40,398 nucleotides of DNA from Bigelowiella natans CCMP2755 (taxonomy: Eukaryota > Protista > Cercozoa), in NCBI GenBank assembly GCA_000320545.1, contig ADNK01000547.1:1-40398 (forward strand), read 5' to 3'. Every line of letters begins with the position of its first letter. The stretch's first letter is position 1. Positions 27,277 through 37,800 of the stretch are shown here, in pieces. Made by a program: the position numbers and the translations under genes. Below the pieces are notes generated by a model, which did no database searches, had not been told where the DNA came from, and saw nothing but the letters and a program-made list of their open reading frames with translations.

Positions 27277-28675
27277 CATCATCACACACTACTAACTCTA
27301 GATTAAACCATGTGTTATAATCTAGGTGTTTTCGCTGTTGTGCTCGAATCTCTATGATCTTGACACCTACCTAGTCAACCAGCGCAGTGCTAAAGCTTTC
27401 AAATCGGTAGTACAACGTTGTCAATTGAAGGGAAGTGCCAAATCCTAGATGATGGCTTTTGGGTGCTGCGTGTATGAGAGTTATGATGTTTCGTGCTATA
27501 ATGATGATGAAGGTGATGCATGCAAAATGGCGCCTTTGTCCACTCCGCATAGCTACTACTACAATTACCATATATTAGCAGCTGCACACAGTTGTCTCTC
27601 TTCTCCGTTCACCGCACATCATATGCTACTGTTTGTGGTTTGTACCAGTTATTTTATAGTGAGTCCCCTTGGCTTAGCAGCTTACAGTCAGCAGGTATTC
27701 TTTGCGTTGTGCTGCTGCTGCTGCTGCTGTCTGATTGTAGATTCCTACTTACTTACATTTGCGGTATGGTATGGTATTATTATTGCCTCGTATGCTTAAA
27801 TACTCTTCAGTTTCAACCGTTGAGACCCTTGTGCAGATCATGTCCAGTGAGCAGGCAGTCAAGGTACGTACTACTACTACTACTATGTTCCTCTCCTCCA
27901 TCATCATCGTGGAGAAATAGTATGTGTGAGATTTGTGTGTTAAATGCTTCTCCTCCTCCTCCTCCTCCTTCTTCTCCAATACATACCATTAGATCCTAGG
28001 CCCCCAGATAATGCTGCCAATTGTGAAGTTTCTGTGCACCAGCTCTGCAAAGGACATGGCGATTAAGTAATCGCATAGTAGCATCAGCGGCAGCAGTGCT
28101 ATTTCTTGTGTACTACAATCATGCGTGTAGAATGGCCTGTCTTCTCATTAGAAAGAGCAAAGACTATTGGTTTAGCAGTGGTGGTGACATCTCATATTTA
28201 TTGCGACTGATACTCTAGGAAAACAGGCGTTCGTAAGTTTGTTAAAGCAAGAGGATTAAGTAAGCTTCGGACAACACAACTCAATACACATCTCAATTTT
28301 AAGTTCTCTGTTATCGTCGTCATCATCATTACCATCATCATCACCATCGTCAAACAGGTATCAACGTCGGTGGAGGCTCTACATCTGCGTCCATAGCAGG
28401 AAGCAAAAACAAGTCCCAAAAGCAACGAAAACAACGGTCGCCAGAGTACGACGCTCACATCAAAAAGGTACCACCAGCACCACCACCACCACCAGCAGCT
28501 GCACCAACAGCAGCTAGGTATTAGCCGGTTGTTTCAATCATCACAATTTATGGTAGAAGAAGAGGAAGAAGAAGAAGAGAGAACGAAGATGTTGGAAGAA
28601 ATAAGGGAGCAATTAGCACCAATTGACAAAGACGCACGAACGTACAGATTAAAACGATCAATTGCACGAGTAAAT

Positions 28676-28711
<36 letters not shown>

Positions 28712-28806
28712 TGTTGTTGTTGTTGTATCGGTGATGAAAGGTGCTAAATCTGTTCATTCGGCTCACGGCAATGCTGGTTCATAGGTAGTACTACTTGCAT
28801 CTTACT

Positions 28807-28846
<40 letters not shown>

Positions 28847-29650
28847 ACTCACATGCAATTGTACGCAATAATTAAGTAGTACACTTTTAAATAAAATAAA
28901 ATAATAGTAGTCACCTCTATCTGTGTATATTATGTATAGATATAATATATATATATATATATATATTTGCAGCCTTATGACTTCTTAAAGATACGTAATA
29001 GCAAAATCTTGAACAATCAAGCTCTTCTGTTGTTTCGTACAAACCAAACAAACTGAATCGAAAATTCTCTTTCCTTCCAAACACCACCGGATGCAACGCA
29101 ATGAAGATGGGGTCCTTCTGTTATAGAAATGCTACAGCAGGCAGGAGGGGTACCTTTGTTGCTCTCCCCCCCCCCCCCCCTTCCCCTTAAATCCAAACAT
29201 GCACACGCAAATATTCAAAATCTAGGACGAAAATAATTTGTTTACCTTCGATAATGGTTAGCGTCCTCTTCTTCCTCCTCCCGGCTGCTCCTAATTATAA
29301 GATATACTAAAACGTCGTTGTTTTTCTCTTCTTTCAGATGGGAGCTGATGCAGTAGTGTTTGATCTGTGGTTGACTCACTACAAAAAGGTGTGCACAATA
29401 CTAGCTACTCAGTTACAAACGTCTAACCTAAAAACGACAACGGCAAAGAAAAAGACCATAATTTCATACGCATATGACTCAAATCCCCTGCTTACTGATA
29501 AAAGCGAATAAAGATACAAGTTTATGCTATTAGCTTGCAGCTGTCAAGGATATTTCCCCTTTCTTCTCCTTCCTCCTCATCCTTGAGTTGGCGCTGCCGT
29601 TGTATTGTGCAGATGGACTTTGAAGGACAAAAAGTTACGCTCCTCGCGAT

Positions 29651-29693
<43 letters not shown>

Positions 29694-30003
29694 TGTGTGA
29701 GAGTGCGTGTGTGTAAGTGCAACGTCAACGCTGTTCGCCTGTTCCAAGACTCTTTAATTACTGAGAATCAGTCGATGATTTCAATACTGAATGCTAGTTA
29801 CCATTTTGTACAACACGTTTCGTAAAAAGTATATTTATGAACCTGAAATATCTCTCCTCCTCTCTGTTGCTCCCTCTTACTCTATTATATTGTGTGCGTG
29901 TGCGTGTGCATATGCGTTTTTCGCAGGGAAGCTATTGGAAGCTCGTGTTAGGCTCGTGTCTACCCGCGTCATGAGTATGTCTACTGAATGAAACCCTTGC
30001 ATA

Positions 30004-30043
<40 letters not shown>

Positions 30044-30974
30044 GTCATCATCATCATCTTTTGGCATTTGAAAGAAAGAGAGAATGTGGTGGGGGAGGGG
30101 GGACAGGCCACCGTATTTCTGTACTTAAATCAATAACGCTGTAATGCATAAAGCCCTCAAAGAAACAAGAACGGTGAGAATCTTAGAATTGATGAGTCAG
30201 ATGATTTGTTACTTCTTCCTACTAGGCATTGCACAATGCTGTAACGTTGCTATCTACAAAGCCCCGGTACCCTATTTCATCAATTTATTCTGTTCAAACA
30301 GGGGAGCATCATTAGATGATGTGCTAATGATGATACCTTCTGGATAAACTATTCCACGACGATAACCCAATTGATATAAATGTGCGTGATTTCAGTGTGA
30401 ATTAGATAAGATACATTCTCTTCTAGATGTTTCCTTAGACGACGTTCTGTTACCATCTTAGAAATATGAGAAACCTGACACTCTGGAGCACTGGTTCATA
30501 TATGTTCGGAAGGTAACAACCAAAGTATTTATTAGTGCTGCTTTTCAATTTCTTTACCATATGTATATTATGATGGATGATATGCATAATCGACGTCACG
30601 CATAGTCCATCCTTATTTCTGTTACTCACGAGATGTCCTGCTCCAATGCGAAAGTTGGGATGAACAAAAGGTTGGTGGATGCACAAGGTGACGATGCTCT
30701 TTGTCGTTTCTCATTCGCAGGCCCGTAATCTAATGGATCCAAGTGTTCTGGAAGAAAAACAAGTCAAGCATTACGTCAGGTGATGATGATAATGAATATG
30801 ATGGCATGCAGAATAGCAATTCATTCTCGTTCTTTATCCTCACTATGTCCTTATCGAGCTATTTTACTCTCTTTCGTCGCAATGTTATCATGTAGTCGCT
30901 GCTGTGAATTCACGCTTCATGCTACTGCTGGCGATAGAAGCTTCAGGCTGGAGGTATATGAGGGAGCTGGTGCT

Positions 30975-31013
<39 letters not shown>

Positions 31014-31387
31014 GTGTGTGTGTGTGTGTGTGTGTGATTTATACATACAGCCGAATTATCATAAAAGGTGCCGAGTATGAAAAGAATTCCAGAAAAAAAG
31101 AAAGATGTCTCCAGGTACGTGCTGCTGCTGCTGCCATGAGCTACTACTGCTACTCATGCATCATAAGTCTTCCCTCCTCGACTCTATTACATATCACACT
31201 CCCATATTCGCACTAGGGTCCCCCTCCACCTCACCATCATTCTTTTATCAGATCTGCAAACAATAGCCCAACACGTTTGCACGGTGGGCGAACTTCCTCG
31301 AGTCGCATCGTACGTCATCCGTTTGCGGCTTCGCCATCGTCGTCGTCATCGGTGCCATCTTCTTCGAGAGGCTCAAAGACACCCTAG
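14110..31387 (+). CDS. IPO11: Importin-beta family nuclear transport receptor, most similar to importin-11/Kap120; dozens of small exons; 3' end uncertain (29991-31387)
   Basis: ATG at 14110. Spliced N-terminus TGNPDRNIRLPAEEKLSQFASKTGFRS|CLLDIGLHRGVPDKIRLAAFVNLKNNL matches the IBN_N pattern. Internal exons: AMVEMYLVPTPNDIQDWDRDPEEYF (~19223-19300), VYHAAGLCAPDLLEHL (~21178), ERAVWLVGEV (~22240), DAVVFDLWLTHYKK|MDFEGQKVTLLAM (~29340-29650), ARNLMDPSVLEEKQVKHYV (~30721-30779). These fall in the same order as importin-11 motifs. Confidence 0.72.
18411..18543. repeat. Compound microsatellite (CA)n ... (TA)30 (TG)n in an importin intron
   Basis: (CA)n ~18411-18445, (TA)n 18467-18526, (TG)n 18527-18543, read directly. 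Confidence 0.95.
20859..21117. repeat. Microsatellite cluster (CT)n(GT)n, (CTA)n, (GT)n, (GTA)n; representative of dozens of intronic SSRs between ~800 and ~31050
   Basis: Read directly. Similar CA, CT, TA, CAT, TAG, TTC, GCT and CCT arrays occupy most introns. Confidence 0.9.
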
Positions 31388-31389
31388 GA

Positions 31390-32290
31390 TGTTACTGTGA
31401 TGTGCTAAAATATCACACATCATGCGACATGTAAACGGTAAACCCTCTTCATAGTTGCATGTGCCCGTGATGCGAGCAAAATTCGTACATAGCTGCCAAA
31501 CAACATGTAGCAATGTGAAATGTATCACGCTAGGACACGCTAGGACCACAACATTGTTGGTGTGTGTGCTACACAAGCGATCACAAGCTTTGCAAGCGCA
31601 ACCATGTGACAAGTGGCAATGAGCGCGCGCGTACTTGCTGTGCTGTGCATTCATTGTGATGATGAGCACATGCAGTGCCATGTCTAGAGCGACACTGATT
31701 TTGACACACGTACACACATATGTGGTCGCACGTCGTGTGCACATGTGAGCATGTAGCACTGGCACTCATCAGCACCATTGAACATGATACTAGCGTGTTG
31801 CAGGGCACGCACACGCATGCATCGCAGTAGCTGCGTAGACGTTACTTGGCTTGGCATTGTGCGCAGTTGCGCCAGCAACTATACTGCACGATGAGCTACG
31901 CTGATTATCATTAAACATACGTGTTGTGAATTGACGAGGCTGTGTGTGGAAGGCGTACGCATGCATAGACCGGCTCATGTGCAGGTTACCGCCAGTGCTA
32001 CTAGACTTAACATGATTTGTTATGTGATACATATACATCACTTTGCTGTGTTCAATGTTATTAATGTGTATGGCCATGCGTTGGCAAGCAATAATAAGCG
32101 GCTTGTGTGTGTGTGGCCATTGCTATTTCATGCGCCTGTGAATCTCCTAGTATTTCATGGCTGGTGTGCAAGCATGAATGTATAATTACTTACAAGACAG
32201 ATGTAATGAGTATGTTAAATTTACTTGTACACACGTGTCTTTTTCATAGCTCGCATGACATCATTAATTCATATCAATATTTTCTCACAA
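31390..32290. other. Purine/pyrimidine-alternating (TG/CA/CG-rich) intergenic segment, probable decayed repeat
   Basis: Dense tgca/catg/cacg/tgtg words. ORFs on both strands are Cys/His/Met/Val-rich with no recognisable motif. Lies between the converging importin and transporter genes. Confidence 0.45.
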
Positions 32291-32291
32291 A

Positions 32292-33677
32292 TCATTGTTG
32301 CACACTTTCGCCGTTTCCTAAGTTTTTGTTTTCATCATCGTGCTGGTCAACACCATCATATATGATATTGCTCGTTGTTGCTGACTCGAACCCTTCATCC
32401 AAATCGCTGTCAATCGCAAAGTAAGATATGATCATACCGGAAAGTGAGATTGATCCGGCGACAAACATCAGCGTTGATATGCCGAATCTATCGTAGATTG
32501 GCTGGTAAATGTACGTGCCGATGATCGCACCAAGCTTTCCCATTGCAGCCGAGATTCCATTCATCGTAGAGCGAACCTTCGGTGGGTACACCTCTGCCGG
32601 GAGGATAAACGTCGTAATATTAGGGCCGAAATTGAGAGAGAATAGCAGCAGAATATAGAGCCCGAACGTGCTCTTCGGTCCGAATGAATTGTAGCATCCG
32701 CCAAGAAGGAAGAAGCAGGCCGCGATGAACAAGAAACCCCAGACTTGCAACGTTTTCGAACCGAATTGTTGCTGGCAATAGATCCCCGCCACAATCGCCG
32801 GAAGCCCAGCACTTGTGACGATGATATTCTGCCAAGACTCCTTGAAAAGGTCATTGCCTTCCCCAAAAATCTTGGCAACGATAGTTGGGGAGAATAAACT
32901 TGTGCCATAATATACAACATCATATATAAGCCAAGATCCCCCGGTACCAATTAGCTTCCACCACCATTTCCGCTCCTGCAGCAGCTCCCAAGTAGAGGCC
33001 CCATCTTTTCGATTGAACTCCGCGCTTTCGGCCTCTCCGAGTGAAGCGTACATGATGAAGAGGGACGGTATGGCACCAACAGCTAGCAGGATACGAAACT
33101 GCAATTCTCGGCTTGAAAAAGCACAGAGGAGGATAAGTGACACCACGTAGGGAGATATCGAGCCCGGGGTCTGCCAAAAAAATGCTTGGGAAACGCGTAA
33201 GTTTCTTGCCTGGCGGTCGGTGGTGGCGGACTCTTCGGCAGCTTTGGTTGCAGACAGAGGGTAAACGCCTCCAACACCTACTCCTAGCACAAAGCGCGAT
33301 GCAGCGATTATTCCATAAACGGAAAAACGATCACCCCATGAGAATATGGAAGATCCCAATGCACCCGCTCCAGCAAAGAGGATTGTGATGAACATGGCTT
33401 TGTTTCGTCCCATAAGATCTCCCACATAACCCATGAGCAGTTGTCCAGTAATTGCTCCGGCGAATACTACTCCCTTAAGTAGTTCTTTGATCCATTCATT
33501 TTGCTTGTACTCTTTCGCCATGATCTTCAGGGCTATGGCGATTACTGAGAAGTTGTACTGTACGGAAAAGTTGGACAGTGAAGAGACCCAAATGGATTTC
33601 TCGTCTGTTCCCTTCCTTCTATTACCAACATCCTGGTTTAAAGCCTTGCCTTCACCGGCGAGTAGATTACGGTTCAT
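32292..33677 (-). CDS. PHO84: MFS inorganic phosphate transporter, PHO84/PHT1 family (461 aa, intronless ORF)
   Basis: Multiple TM segments; MFS motif A (GYVGDLMGRNK); PHT1-like signature GVGVGGVYPLSATKAAE; LIGTGGSWLIYDVVYYG; NFGPNITTFILPAEVYPPKVRSTMNGISAAMGKLGAIIG. Confidence 0.9.
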   Translation of the reverse strand: MNRNLLAGEGKALNQDVGNRRKGTDEKSIWVSSLSNFSVQYNFSVIAIALKIMAKEYKQNEWIKELLKGVVFAGAITGQLLMGYVGDLMGRNKAMFITILFAGAGALGSSIFSWGDRFSVYGIIAASRFVLGVGVGGVYPLSATKAAEESATTDRQARNLRVSQAFFWQTPGSISPYVVSLILLCAFSSRELQFRILLAVGAIPSLFIMYASLGEAESAEFNRKDGASTWELLQERKWWWKLIGTGGSWLIYDVVYYGTSLFSPTIVAKIFGEGNDLFKESWQNIIVTSAGLPAIVAGIYCQQQFGSKTLQVWGFLFIAACFFLLGGCYNSFGPKSTFGLYILLLFSLNFGPNITTFILPAEVYPPKVRSTMNGISAAMGKLGAIIGTYIYQPIYDRFGISTLMFVAGSISLSGMIISYFAIDSDLDEGFESATTSNIIYDGVDQHDDENKNLGNGESVQQ

Positions 33678-34029
33678 CTCCTCCCACCTGGGAAAGGTCC
33701 TGCAGACAATGTCAATAGTTAGAAATGCTGGAGTTCATTAGCCTTTTTACACTCACGCATTTCCTTTCTTCTCACCCACCCATCCATCCCCTCCCCGAAG
33801 AAGCAAGACTCATCACAATGTCTAAACACACAACCCTCCCTCAACCTAGTCGAAGTCAAATGAATACTGCACCTCTGAACCCTACTACCCTAACGATCCA
33901 GAACGAAGATTCCACTCTACCATGTCGCGCTGATTCAATCAAAGGCGAATTTCACGCAGAGACTTTTCGGACAAAGAAAATCTCTTTAGTCTCAAATCTT
34001 GTGAAAATGTTCGCTTGGGGTTCGTAGGT

Positions 34030-34469
34030 GTGGTGTTCTTGCTTGGTGATCTCCAAGCATGAGCAAACCATCACGGCAGGATTTGTGGATGCGTGGTCCT
34101 GAAGTTGGCAAATGTCAGGCACTAAAGACAATGAAACTAGGAACGGAGGAGTGGCTAGAATGCCATTCTTGATTCCTCATGGTTTCACTAGTTAGACCTC
34201 ACTGAAGTCAGTTCGAGGCACTGCATTTCGCACACTGCAAATGTCTTGTTGCATTTTGGAAATGCAGTTCATCATCATTGTTCATTGTTCATTGTTCATT
34301 GTTCATTGAAGCGTGAAAGACGCTCGCCCCACCGATCTGCACACGCGCATGAAAACAACGCAAAAGCAAAATGGCGTTGCCTCGTGACTCTGAACAGAAT
34401 CGAAGAAGCGGAGTGAATCTTCTGACGCAAAAAAGAAGCCAGATGATGATGATGGAATCTCTAGTGGGA
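34030..34469. other. TpA-depleted island, left flank of the retrotransposon
   Basis: Hand count: 6 TA in 440 nt, all CTAG/CTAA/TTAG. Contains (CATTGTT)4.7 at 34276-34308. Confidence 0.75.
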
Positions 34470-34795
34470 TGTTGCGCGTAAGGTGTTCACAGGCCGAGGC
34501 GCTACGTGCACAAGTAGGCAGGGGGGGGGAAAGGCACGTTTGCTTCCTTTTGAAGAGTTGTGTTTATTTTTATTAAAGATTATATTTTTATTAAATCGTG
34601 CACTGCGTAATCATTCGCGAAGCTTTCGCGAATGCCGCCGCACGTGGGGCAGCACACTTCCGGTGTGCTGCCATGAGTCCCGCCGGAACCCACGTGCCTA
34701 TGCTGTATTAATATCTACGTTATCTATATTCTATATCCGCGACAACCCCTTTGTTGTCGCACGTGACTTGTGCCCGCGTAGTGGTACGCGCTACA
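34470..34795 (-). repeat. 3' LTR
   Basis: TGTTGCGCGTA...TACGCGCTACA (terminal inverted repeat, 10/11 match); direct repeat of 39858-40183; three AATAAA on the minus strand (34563-34592). Confidence 0.97.
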
Positions 34796-34804
34796 CCTCC
34801 CCCA
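34796..34804 (-). promoter_or_regulatory. Polypurine tract (plus-strand primer)
   Basis: Minus strand TGGGGGAGG directly abutting the TGTAG start of the 3' LTR. Confidence 0.85.
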
Positions 34805-34846
34805 AGTCACGTTGCTCCTTCCTTCCTTCCTTATTCCCTTAGACCT

Positions 34847-37800
34847 TCATCGCTTTCGGAACTTCACCAACCACCAGGTAATAGATTCCTCTCTAACCTT
34901 ATCTCCTTTGTCGCTTACCCAGAACTCACCTTCGTCCTTAGGTTCGTGTCCATACCAGCCCTCTGCATCAAGGTCCCCCAGGACCTTATACCAGTGCTCA
35001 AAGGGTAAGTCGGGAACAGCTAGGTAGAGTAGCTGATATTTTCCGTCCTTTATTTTCATAGCTACCCTCTCCATATTTCGTAATCCAGGGTAGCCTAGAT
35101 AGACAATCTTCATGCGCCAATCGTCGTTCACCCTGACCTTATTGTTTCCATATTCCACATCGAACTTAGGTCGGGGTCCTAAACAAGGCATTGCTCGCTC
35201 CCACACAGTAGGGTTTACTTTAACATCCTCTAGGAGCTTCTCACCGATATCATAATTCTTTAGGTGACTGATGTGGCGCAAGGTGACCCTGTTCCCATCA
35301 TAGATGTAGTACTGCTTCCTCCCCTTCCTCTCGGTAACCTTTGCAACGCCACCCCAGAAGGGGTCTTGTTTATTTCTCGATCTCAGATTTACCTTGGCCC
35401 TAACATACTGTCCTTCCTTTAGAACTCGGCCATCGTACGGGACCTTCTCGTCTTCGCTCTCGGTATCGTCGTCGTTGTCGTCGCCTTCTTCCCTCTCCTT
35501 ATCCTTGATACCTCCCCCAGACGTGAAGGTGTCGTTTACTAACCCTTGTATCTTGTCTGGTGTGGTGCTATTTATCCTGCTTAGGTTGGCCAAGGTGCGG
35601 TGGAGTCGCTCTACCTTGGAGTTGGACTGGGCATAGTATACAGGTGAGGCATCAATATTAGGGTGTGGTAGCTGTAGAAGAGAGGTCTCATTATCCACAT
35701 GTAACTTCTTTGGTATCTTGTTTATGCTAACTTCATCAGGGATAGCCTGGAGCTCAGACTCCCAGGTACGGTAGCAGTTAGTAAGCCTCTGCTTATATAA
35801 GCCTTTGTTCTTCTTAGCAACGTTGACCTTGATAATCTTTTTAACCCAGCACTTTCCAGTGGCCACATCAACGAAGGTAAGGTAGTGATAGCCATCGTAC
35901 TTATAAACATCAATTTGCACGATATCTAAGAAGTTCCTTGCTTTGATTTTCTTAGATGCACGGCTCTTGCTGGACTCCTTGGTGGCGACGCCTGCCGCCT
36001 TCAAGCTGGAGCACCTGCAGCCACGCAGGTATGTCCTTATCTCTTTTAGCTTGTAGGGCCAGTAGTAATGGTAGAGTAGAGCAGTGATATGGTTTTCTCC
36101 TACGTGTGCAGGTCCATGGGCGGTAAAGAGAAGGGCTCCCCTGGTCCGCCGTGGCACGTAGGTACGCCTAACATTATTAGTGTATACATATATCCTATCA
36201 CTAAGTACCTCATGCTTGTGTTTGTATTTATCCAGGTGTTCTTGAAGGTGCTGGAGCTCCTCTGGCTCAGGCAGGAAGTCGCCGTCCTCGAAGGTAATCG
36301 CGTTAACCATAGGGGTGACCTGGGTAGGGACTTTCTTTTCGAACAGCCTGCTGAAATAGTCAGCAAGCTGCTTGTCTCCTGGTGCGTAGACCACTGTCCT
36401 CTTGTCCCTAAACTCTTCCGTGTCCGCCCTCATAGCTGCATACTCATCGTTAGGCGCTTCGAGCTTGCGGTCGATGCCTAGGAGGGGCTTGTGGTCAGTC
36501 ATTAAGGTGAAGCTGGGCACCGACAGCAGGTAGTATCTTAGTTTCCTCTGCGCCTCAGTCATGGCTTTATACTCTCCTTTTGTAGGGCTGTACTTGGCCT
36601 CAGCTGCTGTGCAGGCCCTGCCCCACACCCGTATGATCTGCTGGTCTTGGGTAAGTACAGCAGCCATACCTAGCTTAGACCAGTCTGTCCATAGGGTAGC
36701 TGGTCTAGTAGTGTCTAGCTTAGCATTCAATAGGGTGTTGCTGCATAACTTTATTAGGTTATCGAAGTGGGCATCAAGGCCAGCCTTGGCCCACACCTTA
36801 GCGAAGCTGAGGCCTACAGAGTTCTCCTTCCGGTAAGCAGTAGTAAAAGCAGCTGCAGTCCTAGCGTAGGTAGGGGAGAACCTACGTAGTATCCAAGCTG
36901 CAGTGTGCAAGAATGACTTTAACTCCTTTGCATTCTTAGGTTTAGGGGCTTGCTGTAGTGCTGCTACTTTCTCGGGGTTTGGGGTGATGCGGCCTTGCTC
37001 CAGGTAATATCCACACCACTTGATTCTTGTAGCTAGGAATGTACACTTCTGCAGTCTAATAGTAAAACCGAAGTGTGCAAACCTAATAAATATATTTTCC
37101 AGGAGGAAGATCTGAGCGACGACTGTGTTGGTACATATTATGTCATCATCCACATACACAAACACAAACACCCACAACACAGACGCCATCCCATCATGTG
37201 TGTATGCCCTGTAGTTCTGACTACTGAACGCATCCCCTGATATGCTTAGGCCGTAAGGGAATACGACGAAGTGCCACTTCCTGTGCCTGCTGGAGAACGC
37301 GGTAATGGGGCGGGAGGTTTTGTGGATGGGTGTCTGCATGTATGATTCATTTTTATCTAGGGAAGAGTAGTATTTGTATCCTATGACGTGTTCAATAACG
37401 TCATCTATCCTTGGTGTAGGTGTCTGGATCCTCTTTATTACTCGGTTGTGGCGGATGAAGTTGTGCGCCAGGCGGAAGAAAGGGTAAGTAGGTTTCTTAG
37501 CTAGCACATGTCTCACGTTCCATGGTGAGTTGCTTGGCTCTATCTTCCCTTCCTTTGCCCATTCATTGATCTGCCACTCTATCTTTTCCCAGTCCGCTTC
37601 CGGTCGCCTATGTTCTGGGTCATTGATGATGCACTCTTCGTATCCCTTCTTTAGCTCGATCTTTACTGGGGTAAGCTTGCTGGAGGGCTTCGTCGTCGGC
37701 TTGGTGATGTCAGAGTACTTCTCGTTTAATATTTTATTAATGTACTTTTTGCCTTTGTCGATATCCCAATCATCAGCTGGGGGGGTCTTGTCCAGTAGCT

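Noticed and set aside
809-31037. Many 60-180 aa ORFs with poly-H/T, C/V, S, L, M, E/R or I/Y runs
   Set aside because: These are translations of intronic microsatellites or antisense to real exons.
34668-34692. Hammerhead ribozyme look-alike in the LTR (CCATGAGTCC-CGCC-GGAAC in a three-way junction)
   Set aside because: The core needs CUGAUGA and GAAA; the sequence has GCCAUGA and no GAAA. An HDV-like fold could not be completed either.
34483-34842. Plus-strand ORFs in the LTRs (also 39841-40242)
   Set aside because: They are duplicated only because the LTR is duplicated; non-ATG start, no motifs, and they run out of the LTR differently.
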